The position numbers and the translations under genes were made by a program. Positions 53,455 through 64,000 of a stretch of DNA of 64,000 nt are shown one piece after another (within the stretch, counting starts at the first letter, position 1; each line of letters starts with the position of its first letter). Origin of the DNA: Eledone cirrhosa (Eukaryota); NCBI GenBank assembly GCA_964016885.1, contig OZ024744.1, forward strand, positions 39,370,001-39,434,000, written 5' to 3'. The notes under the pieces are model-generated. The model had not been told where the DNA came from. It saw only the letters and a list, made by a program, of their open reading frames with translations, and made no database searches.

Positions 53455-54489
53455 ATTATGCCAGTTCCTTTTCTGCATATCGAACATGGCCATTTCCCTG
53501 ACGGAATCAGGGTTTTGTCCTCTTTTCTACTCATCAACACTTTTGTCTTAGCTAGATTTACTCTCAGTCCTCTTGCTTCCAACTGCTGTTTCCATAGCCG
53601 GAATTTATTCTCTAGCTCCTCTACTGATTCTGCCATAAGAGCCAGATCGTCAGCATAGAGAAGTTCCCATGGACAGCCAGTCTTAAACTCCTCTGTTATG
53701 GCTTGGAGGACTATAATGAACAAGAGCGGGCTGAGGACCGAACCCTGATGTACTCCTACTTGTATCTGGAATTCCTCACTAAACTCCATTCCTACCCTGA
53801 CTTTACTGAGAGTACCTCTGTACAAAGTTTGCACTGTCCTCACAAGCCATTCCTCAACACCCAGCTTCCTTAGGGACCACCAGATGACAGATCGGGGTAC
53901 CCTATCAAAGGCCTTCTCTAGGTCAACAAAGGCTAAGTATAGTGGCTTATTCTTCTCTAAGAACCTCTCTTGCATTTGTCTCACCAAGAAGAGGGCATCT
54001 GTTGTACTCTTCCCAGGCACAAAACCAAACTGCATCTCATCTAGTTTGACCCTTTCTCTAATTAGTTGTGCTAAAATCCTTTCTGCCACTTTCATAACCT
54101 GATCTATCAGTTTTATACCCCTATAATTGCTCCTCTCCAAAGCATCCCCTTTACCTTTGTAGCAATTTATGAGAATACTGCTGCACCAGTCTTTGGGTAT
54201 GACACCACCAAATATAGCCTGATTGATGATGCGTGCAACCAGTTTAGTGCCTACGTCCCCTGATGCCTTCAGCATCTCAGCAACTATTCCCGATGGTCCG
54301 GCCGCCTTACCATTTTTCATTTCCCTAATCGCCTCTTGGACCCTATATTCGTCAATCTCTATAGCTGGTCCCTCTGTCGGATCTACCAAGGGTAATTTCT
54401 CTCTCTCCCATTCGTTCTCCACATTCATCAGTCTCTCTCATGACATTTCCAGGCCTCCTTTTTCTGGTCATTCGTGACACTAAGTACAC

Positions 54490-54495
<6 letters not shown>
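53455..54495 (-). mobile_element. Tail-less internal fragment of RTE-D, an inverted near-identical copy of ~56594-57635
   Basis: 351-aa frame matches D from MNVENEW to CRKGTGI; no 3' end. Confidence 0.92.
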
Positions 54496-54551
<56 letters not shown>

Positions 54552-54740
54552 GTATATATGTATATGTATATATATATGTATATATATGTATATGTATATT
54601 TGTATATATATATGTATATATATATGTATATATATATGTATATATATATGTATATATATGAATATATATATGTATATATATGAATATATATATATGTATA
54701 TATATGAATATATATATATGTATATATATATGTATATATA

Positions 54741-56525
54741 GAGAGAGAATTGATCTCGATGAAATGCAGTTCGGGTTTGTGTCATGCAAAAGTACCACAG
54801 ACGCTCTTTTCATTGTACGACAGCTACAGGAGAAGTACCTAGCTAAAAGTAAACCCCTCTACTTAGCTTTTGTCAACTTGGAGAAATCCTTCGACAGAGT
54901 CCCCCGTTCCATTATCTGGTGGGCTCTTAGAAAACTAGGTGTTGACGAATGGCTTGTGAGAGCTATACAAGCCATGTATAAAGAAACAGTCAGCAAGGTT
55001 AGAATTAACAACGAATATAGTGAAGAGTTGAGCGTAAAAGTTGGCGTCCATCAGGGCTCTGTTCTCAGCCCCCTACTATTTATTATTGCCCTTCAGGCTA
55101 TAACAGTGGAGTTCAAGACCGGTTGCCCATGGGAACTCCTATACGCAGATGACCTAACACTCATAGCTGAATCAATGGCCGAGCTAGAGAAGAAATTCCA
55201 AACATGGAAGCACGGCCGAGAATCAAAAGGCCTTAAATTAACCTGGCTAAGACTAAAGTTCTAGTTTGTAAGAAAGAAAATAAGGCAGCGGTCCCTTCCG
55301 GGAAGTGGCCATGCTCAGTGTGAAGGAAAGGCGTAGGTAGAAACTTCATTTTGTGTCCCAAATGCAAAGTATGGGTGCATAAAAGATGTAGTGGGATCAC
55401 AGGTAAGCTATCTAAGAACATAGATTTTACATGTGGCCAGTGCTCTGGTGCAATAAGTAGCAGCAAGTGCCCACAAAATACTAGCTCTTTCAACTGCGCA
55501 GAGGGTTCTATAGGAATAGTGGACAGCTTCCGTTACCTGGGTGACAAAATCAGCAGTGGGGAAGGGTGCTCTGAAAGTACAGTAGCTAGAGTCAGAACTG
55601 GATGGAAAAAGTTCAGAGAGCTTATACCACTATTAGCCGCAAAAGGGTTCTCCCTAAAAATGAAAGGCAGGTTGTATGATGCCTGCATACGACCAGCAAT
55701 GTTGCATGGCAGTGAGACCTGGGCATTGTCTGCAGAGGATATACGCAGACTAGAGAGAAACGAAGCCTGCATGCTCCGCTGGATGTGTAATAGTAATATA
55801 CGTGAACGGCAAAGCATAAACGAACTAAGAAAAAATTAGAAATAAGAGGGATCAGATGTTGTTTACTCGAGAGAAGGCTACGTTGGTATGGACACGTGAT
55901 GCGCATGAAGGACGATAGCTGTATAACAAAGTGCAGGGCAATAAAGATAGACGGTAGCCACGGAATAGGCAGACCCAGAAAAACCTGGGACGAGCTGATA
56001 AATTCCGACCTCACACACTTACACCTCACGAAGACAATGTCACTGGACCGAGACCTTTGGCGGTACTCAGTAATAGAGAAGACCCACCTTACCTAAATAC
56101 AAAGTAAAACCTACTACAGTCAGTAGGCATCTCTAACAAAACACACCCCCGTCCCACCACCCCCACCCCATCCACACCGCTCCTTTCAATGTAAAATTAT
56201 GTTGGTGCCACAACATCCAGGCCGAAACAAATGAGATCGTGTAGGTGTCACGTCAAAAAACACACAGTTCACGCTGTAATGTGGCCGTGTAGGCAACACG
56301 GTAAAAACCTCCCAGCGCCACAGTGTAAATGTGGTTGGTGTTAGGAAGGGCATCCAGCTGCAGAAAACCCGCCAGACAGTCCATGCTGTAATGTGGCCGT
56401 GTAGGCAACATGGTAAAAACCTCCCAGCCCCACACTGTAAATGTGGTTGGTGTTAGGAAGGGCATCCAGCTGTAGAAAACCCGCCAGACAGTCCACGCTG
56501 TAATGTGGCCGAGTAGGCAACACGG
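54741..56525 (+). mobile_element. 5'-truncated RTE-B with a multiplied 3' UTR module and no tail of its own
   Basis: [18 protein letters not shown]. The module gctgtaatgtggcc..aggaagggcatccagctg..ccgccagacagtcca is repeated ~2.3 times. Confidence 0.92.
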
Positions 56526-58435
56526 TGTTCCACATTGCAAGGCAGTGTGTCAATGCAAATCAGGATGTTGTTGGTGATAAATGTGTCCGGGATGATGCCG
56601 GTGTACTTAGTGTCACGAATGACCAGAAAAAGGAGGCCTGGAAATGTCATTATGAGAGACTGATGAATGTGGAGAACGAATGGGAGAGAGAGAAATTACC
56701 CTTGGTAGATCCGACAGAGGGACCAGCTATTGAGATTGACGAATATAGGGTCCAAGAGGCGATTAGGGAAATGAAAAATGGTAAGGCGGCCGGACCATCG
56801 GGAATAGTTGCTGAGATGCTGAAGGCATCAGGGGACGTAGGCACTAAACTGGTTGCACGCATCATCAATCAGGCTATATATGGTGGTGTCATACCCAAAG
56901 ACTGGTGCAGCAGTATTCTCATAAATTGCTACAAAGGTAAAGGGGATGCTTTGGAGAGGAGCAATTATAGGGGTATAAAACTGATAGATCAGGTTATGAA
57001 AGTGGCAGAAAGGATTTTAGCACAACTAATTAGAGAAAGGGTCAAACTAGATGAGATGCAGTTTGGTTTTGTGCCTGGGAAGAGTACAACAGATGCCCTC
57101 TTCTTGGTGAGACAAATGCAAGAGAGGTTCTTAGAGAAGAATAAGCCACTATACTTAGCCTTTGTTGACCTAGAGAAGGCCTTTGATAGGGTACCCCGAT
57201 CTGTCATCTGGTGGTCCCTAAGGAAGCTGGGTGTTGAGGAATGGCTTGTGAGGACAGTGCAAACTTTGTACAGAGGTACTCTCAGTAAAGTCAGGGTAGG
57301 AATGGAGTTTAGTGAGGAATTCCAGATACAAGTAGGAGTACATCAGGGTTCGATCCTCAGCCCGCTCTTGTTCATTATAGTCCTCCAAGCCATAACAGAG
57401 GAGTTTAAGACTGGCTGTCCATGGGAACTTCTCTATGCTGACGATCTGGCTCTTATGGCAGAATCAGTAGAGGAGCTAGAGAATAAATTCCGGCTATGGA
57501 AACAGCAGTTGGAAGCAAGAGGACTGAGAGTAAATCTAGCTAAGACAAAAGTGTTGATGAGTAGAAAAGAGGACAAAACCCTGATTCCGTCAGGGAAATG
57601 GCCATGTTCGATATGCAGAAAAGGAACTGGCATAAATTCTATAAAATGCACACAATGCAGGTCCTGGGTACACAAGAGATGTAGCGGGATAGCAGGCAAA
57701 CTAACAGGTAGGGAGAAATATGTATGCAGTAGATGTACAGGGAAATTAGACAGTAGAAGTCGCACTGATAGACACATTTTTCAAATGCGAGAGGGCGCTA
57801 TAGAAGTGGTGGATAGCTTCCGGTACCTAGGAGATCAGATTAGCATGGGAGGAGGGTGTTCCGAGGCCATAGTATCTAGAATAAGGACGGGTTGGAAGAA
57901 GTTTAGGGAGCTGCTTCCTCTGTTGACGAAGAAGGGTTTCTCCCTGCGTACGAAAGGCCGGTTGTATGATGCCTGTGTGAGGAGCGCGATGCTGCATGGT
58001 AGTGAGACGTGGGCAGCAACCGCAGAGGATATGCGACGGCTGGAGAGAAATGAGGCAAGCATGCTCCATTGGATGTGCAGTGTAAATGTGCGTGAACGAC
58101 CCAGCATAAATGTGTTGAGAGAGAAACTGTGTCTGAGAGGGATAGAATGTAGCGTACGGGAGAGGAGACTGAGGTGGTATGGACATGTGATGCGCATGGA
58201 GGATGACCGATGGGTGAAGAAGTGCCAGGAAATGCCAGTTGAAGGAAGACGTGGTAGAGGTAGACCACGAAAAACATGGGCGGAGGTGGTGAGAACAGAC
58301 CTCAGATCATTGAAGCTCACGGTGGAGATGACGAGGGACCGTGACGAGTGGAGAGATGCTGTGCTGAATAAGACCCGTCCCACCCTTGCAAGCAGGGAAA
58401 AGCGGACGTAAAATGATGATGATGATGATGATGAT
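56526..58435 (+). mobile_element. 5'-truncated young RTE family D; open 628-codon frame running into the (GAT)n tail
   Basis: RT motifs, PHD finger, ORF ending KTRPTLASREKRT* immediately followed by aat(gat)n; essentially no 3' UTR. Confidence 0.95.
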
Positions 58436-58446
58436 ATGTATATATA

Positions 58447-58655
58447 TCATCATCATCATCATTATCAACGTTTAACGTCCGTGTTCCACGCTTGCATGGG
58501 TTTGGACGGGGGTAGTCCCACTTGAGGCAAGAGTGATTGTCTTGCTCGCATAGGACTCTCTGGCAGGTTTTCTACAGTTGGATGCCCTGTACATATATAT
58601 ATGTGTATATATATATGTGTATATATATATGTATATATGTGTATATATATATATG

Positions 58656-58687
<32 letters not shown>

Positions 58688-58759
58688 TGTATGTATATAT
58701 ATGTATATATATATATGTATATATATATATGTATATATATATATGTATATATATATATG

Positions 58760-58790
<31 letters not shown>

Positions 58791-58801
58791 GTATATATAT
58801 G

Positions 58802-58848
<47 letters not shown>

Positions 58849-59386
58849 GTATATATATATATGTATACATGTATATATATATATGTATATATGTATATAT
58901 ATATATGTATATGTATATATATATATGTATATATGTATATATATATATGTATATGTATATATATATATATGTATATGTATATATATATATGTATATGTAT
59001 ATATGTATATGTATATATGTACATCATCATCATCATCATCATCAGGTTTAGCGTCCGTGTTCCACGCTTGCATGGGTTTGGACGGGGGTTTTCCCACTTG
59101 AGGCAAGAGTGGTTGTCTTGCTCGCATAGGACTGTCTGGCGGGTTTTCTACAGTTGGATGCCCTTCCTAACACCAACCACATTTACAGTGTGGGGCTGGG
59201 AGGTTTTTACCGTGTTGCCTACACGGCCACATTACAGCGTGGACTGTCTGGCGGGTTTTCTACAGCTGGATGCCCTTCCTAACACCAACCACATTTACAG
59301 TGTGGGGCTGGGAGGTTTTTACCGTGTTGCCTACACGGCCACATTTACAGCGTGGACTGTGTGTTTTTTGTCGTGACACCTACACA
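58447..59386 (-). mobile_element. Two short RTE-B 3' end insertions (58447-58588, 59023-59386) separated by TA microsatellite
   Basis: Both match the 35068-35310 tail; the second has a duplicated module. Confidence 0.9.
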
Positions 59387-59584
59387 TATATATAAATATA
59401 TATATATATACATATATGTATATATGTACATATATATAAATATATATATACATATGGAAAGTTATATTTAAATTGTTGGGTTACAACTAGTAAATATTTA
59501 TAACTGATATAAAAGCACTCGACAAATATTTGGAGTATATTTACAATATTAAATAAATGGAAACTATATTTATAAAACCATATT

Positions 59585-59650
59585 TATTTCATTATATATA
59601 TTTCAGGGATATCATATTAACAATATGCTATGCCTTCCTCAGACAAAATA
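59585..59650 (-). ncRNA. Hammerhead ribozyme (left arm)
   Basis: Reverse complement of 60535-60600. Confidence 0.8.
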
Positions 59651-60534
59651 CAATATAAACAGTTTTATAGATAAATAGATTCGACATACCGTAACAATAT
59701 CTACTTGCATTTGAGAAGGTTGATTTGGTAGTGACAAAATTGTACACAGAGAGAAAGAAAGAGAGAGAGAAAGAGAGAAAAAGAGAGAAAAAAGGAAAGA
59801 AAGACAGAAAACGAAGAAAAAGAAAAAGAAGAAATGCATGGAACAAAATAGAGAGATGGAAAGATAGATAAAGAGAAGAACTTCATGTAAAGAAACAGAA
59901 AGAGATATATATATAGAGAGAGAGAGGAAATAGAGAGAGATACATATATATAGAAAGCTAGGTAGTGGGACAACTGTTGAATAACGTATCAATGATACAT
60001 TTATTTATTTATTTATTTATTTAGCTCTAGTATTAATGTAAGGGAGATATATGGAGGGAAAAACCAGCTGTTATATAGGGAGAGAAAAAATATAGAGAGA
60101 GAAAAAAAGAGAGAAAAAGAGAGAGAAAAAATTCAAAAATATCCAGCTCCCTTACATTAATACTAGAGCTAAATAAATAAATAAATAAATAAATGTATCA
60201 TTGATACGTTATTCAACAGTCGTCCCACTACCTAGCTTTCTATATATATGTATCTATCTCTATTTCCTCTCTCTCTATATATATATATCTCTTTCTGTTT
60301 CTTTACATGAAGTTCTTCTCTTTATCTATCTTTCCATCTCTCTATTTTGTTCCATGCATTTCTTCTTTTTCTTCGTTTTCTGTCTTTCTTTCCTTTTTTC
60401 TCTCTTTTTCCCTCTTTCTCTCTCTCTCTTTCTCTCTGTGTACAATTTTGTCACTACCAAATCAACCTTCTCAAATGCAAGTAGATGTTGTTACGGTATG
60501 TCGAATCTATTTATCTATAAAACTGTTTATATTG

Positions 60535-60600
60535 TATTTTGTCTGAGGAAGGCATAGCATATTGTTAATATGATATCCCTGAAATATATATAATGAAATA
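60535..60600 (+). ncRNA. Hammerhead ribozyme (right arm)
   Basis: tattttgt-CTGAGGA-agg..catatt gtt aatatg..cct-GAAA-tatata-TA-atgaaata. Confidence 0.8.
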
Positions 60601-60960
60601 AATATGGTTTTATAAATATAGTTTCCATTTATTTAATATTGTATATATATACATATATATTTATATATATGTATATGCATATTTATATGTATATGCATAT
60701 TTATATATACATATGTATATTTATATATATATATGTACATATATATAAATATATATGTACATATATATAAATATATATGTACATATATATAAATATATAT
60801 GTACATATATATAAATATATATGTACATATATATAAATATATATGTACATATATATAAATATATATGTATATATATATATGTATATATATATAAATATAT
60901 ATGTATATATATATATGTATATATATATATATGTACATATATATATATATATATATGTAC

Positions 60961-61008
<48 letters not shown>

Positions 61009-61023
61009 GTACATATATATATG

Positions 61024-61106
<83 letters not shown>

Positions 61107-61119
61107 GTATATATATATG

Positions 61120-61154
<35 letters not shown>

Positions 61155-61167
61155 GTATATATATATG

Positions 61168-61201
<34 letters not shown>

Positions 61202-61224
61202 CATATATATATATGTATATATAT

Positions 61225-61969
61225 ATCATCATCATCACCGTTTAACGTCCGTGTTCCACGCTTGCATGGGTTTGGACGGGGGTAGTCCCACTTGAGGCAA
61301 GAGTGATTGTCTTGCTCGCATAGGACCGTCTGGCAGGTTTTCTACAGTTGGATGCCCTTCCTAACACTAACCACATTTACAGCGTGTGTCTGGGAGGTTT
61401 TTACCGTGTTGCCTACACGGCCACATTACAGCGTGGACTGTGTGTTTTTTTGTCGTGACACCTACACGATCTCATTTGTTTCGGCCTGGATGGTGTGGCA
61501 CCAACACAACTTTACATAGAACGGGGTGGCGTGGATGGGTTGGGGGTGGTGGGACGGGGGGGGGGGGGGGTATTTTGTTAGATGCCTACTGGCTGTAGTA
61601 GGTTTTACTATGTATTTAGGTAAGGCGGGTCTTCTCTGTTACTGAGTACCGCCAAAGGTCTCGGTCCAGTGACATTGTCTTGGAGAGGTGTAATTGTGTG
61701 AGGTCGGAGTTTATCAGCTCGTCCCAGGTTTTTCTAGGTCTGCCTATTCCGTGGCTACCGTCTATCTTTATTGCCCTGCACTTTGTTATACAGCTATCGA
61801 CTTTCATGCGCATCACGTGTCCATACCAACGTAGCCTTCTCTCGAGTAAACAACATCTGATCCCTCTTATTTCTAATTTTTTCCTTAGTTCGTTTATGCT
61901 TTGCCGTTCACGTATATTACTGTTACACATCCAGCGGAGCATGCAAGCTTCGTTCCTCTCTAGTCTGCG

Positions 61970-61970
<1 letters not shown>
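61225..61970 (-). mobile_element. RTE-B 3' fragment with tail
   Basis: [21 protein letters not shown]-type UTR, (GAT)n. Confidence 0.95.
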
Positions 61971-62000
<30 letters not shown>

Positions 62001-62131
62001 GTATATATATATGTATATGTATATATATGTATATATATATGTATATGTATATATATATGTATATGTATATATATATGTATATGTATATATATATGTATAT
62101 GTATATATATATGTATATGTATATATATATG

Positions 62132-62194
<63 letters not shown>

Positions 62195-62380
62195 GTATAT
62201 ATATATGTATATGTATATGTATATATATATATGTATATGTATATATATATATATGTATATGTATATATATATGTATATATGTATATGTATATGTATATAT
62301 ATATGTCTATATATATGTATATATATATGTATATATATATGTATATATATATATGTATATATATATGTATATATATATGC

Positions 62381-64000
62381 CTATACTATCGCTTGCCCGG
62401 TTGCCTTTCGATATATGATGGATGGACGGACTGCGGAATCCTGGAGAGTGGAAGGGAGAGAAAAATCTGGACGCTCAGCGAAAATGCCAAAGTTAAAGAC
62501 AAATTCACCTCGTGGACGAGAATGCGAGCACTCCTCTTTGTTTCGACCGCGGACGGCTAACATAACCCCATCTCCCCCCGACCCCCACCGCCCCCACCCT
62601 CCAAACGCAATCCAAAACTTCAGAGTTGGTACCATGAATGTAGGCACCCTAAAGGGTTGCGCTAACGAGGTTGTAGAAATGCTTGAACGTAAGGAGGTCG
62701 ATGTTTGTTGTATTCAAGAGACCAGGTGGAGGGGTGGGTCTGCTAGATTCATTGAGGGTAAAAAACGATGTTATAAGCTTTTCTGGTTGGGAAACGACGA
62801 TGGGCTGGGTGGAGTAGGAATCGTGGTAGCAGAAAAGTCGGCAGACAAGATAATAGACGTAAATAGAGTGAACGACAGAATAATTAAAATAAGACTTGTC
62901 CTCAGTAGAACGACGGTGACAGTAATATCTGCGTACGCACCCCAATCCGGACTGCCCGGCACTATAAAAGACAGATTCTATGAGACACTGATGCTCACTA
63001 CCTCCCAAATATCCGACAGTGACTATATAATTATTGCAGGCGACCTGAATGGTCACGTTGGATAACATTGTGACGGCTACGACGAAATCCATGGAGGCTA
63101 TGGGTCTGGTACTAGAAATGAGGAAGGCTCCAGAACCCTGGAATTCTGTGATGCAAATAACCTAACTATCTGTAACACTAACTTCAAAATACGTGACAAT
63201 CACCTGATCACCTATAGATCCGGGGAACACACAAGCCAGGTAGATTATATCCTTACCAGAAGACGTGACAGAGTGTCTGTTGTAAACACTAAATCCCTCC
63301 CCCATGAAGAATGCACCTCCCAACATAGACTGATAATTAGCGACCTCATAGTCAGGACGAGACGTACTCGACAGCAGAAGAGGACTATCCTCAGGAGAAA
63401 AATATGGAAGCTAAAGGACCCCACAGCCAGAAATAAATTTAAAAGCATATTACTTGATGCTTTCGACAGTAAGGAAGAGCATTTAGAGTCGGACAATATA
63501 GAGGGACAGTGGGAATTTCTGAAAGCAAACCTGCTGAAGGCGACAGACGAAGTCTGTGGCTGAAGCAGGCCTGTAGGTAGGAGGAGAGTAACATGGTGGT
63601 GGAACAGTAAGGTGGAGGGGTCAATTAAGGCCAAAAAGCAGGCTTGGAAAGTATGGCGGGATGGGGGAAGTAGAGAAGACTATCAAGTGGCCAGGAGGGA
63701 AGCTAGGAGACAAGTGTACTTAGCAAGAAGGGAAGCAGAGGAAAGAAAGTTCAAGCATGTTCTACAACGCGAGGACCAAAAACGTGAGGTGTTCAGGATT
63801 GCTAGGCAATGCGTCAAGGAAAACCGTGATATTGTCGGGGAGAAGTGTGTACTTAATGATGACGGCGTACTTGCTATCACCGACGCTGATAAGAAGGTCA
63901 CTTGGAAGTGTCACTATGAAAGGCTACTAAATGAGGAGAATAAATGGGAGAAAGACAGTCTCCCCCACATCGACCCAATAGAGGGACCAGCGGTGTTAGT
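62381..64000 (+). mobile_element. RTE-B 5' portion (APE region) with stops; continues beyond the window
   Basis: Matches B1 (38725 towards 37110): [24 protein letters not shown]. Confidence 0.95.

Larger units (their letters stand above)
59452..60643. mobile_element. Non-coding palindromic derivative of the Naiad PLE (~500-bp arms, ~100-bp spacer)
   Basis: ~59540-60046 is inverted relative to ~60147-60643. Outer ends match the PLE 3' end (11650-11868). Flanked by TA microsatellite. Confidence 0.88.

Overview
AT-rich animal genomic DNA, most likely an octopod cephalopod (inferred from the SINE/RTE repertoire and the very long TA/TACA microsatellites). Only one host gene is visible: two + strand exons (17672-17818, 18792-18891) that splice in frame into a SWAP70/DEF6-like PH domain, just before a 200-N scaffold gap. 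The rest is mostly transposons. There are at least three young RTE-clade LINE families (called A, B and D here; single APE-RT ORF, (GAT)n tails), all with a C4HC3 PHD-type finger inserted inside the RT. Their partner tRNA-derived SINEs are also present. Other elements: a near-intact Naiad-type Penelope-like element with hammerhead ribozymes, its ORF-less palindromic derivative, a second Penelope remnant split by an RTE, a DD37D (maT-like) transposon remnant, an R4/Dong-like remnant, a deleted LTR element and several minisatellites. Most notable: (1) RTE families A and B appear to end in a captured SINE-like/bipartite module; (2) the PHD finger inside RT; (3) four well-formed and three degenerate hammerheads; (4) repeated fold-back palindromes, including a perfect 250-bp-arm hairpin. 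All family assignments come from motif recognition by eye; no database search was run.
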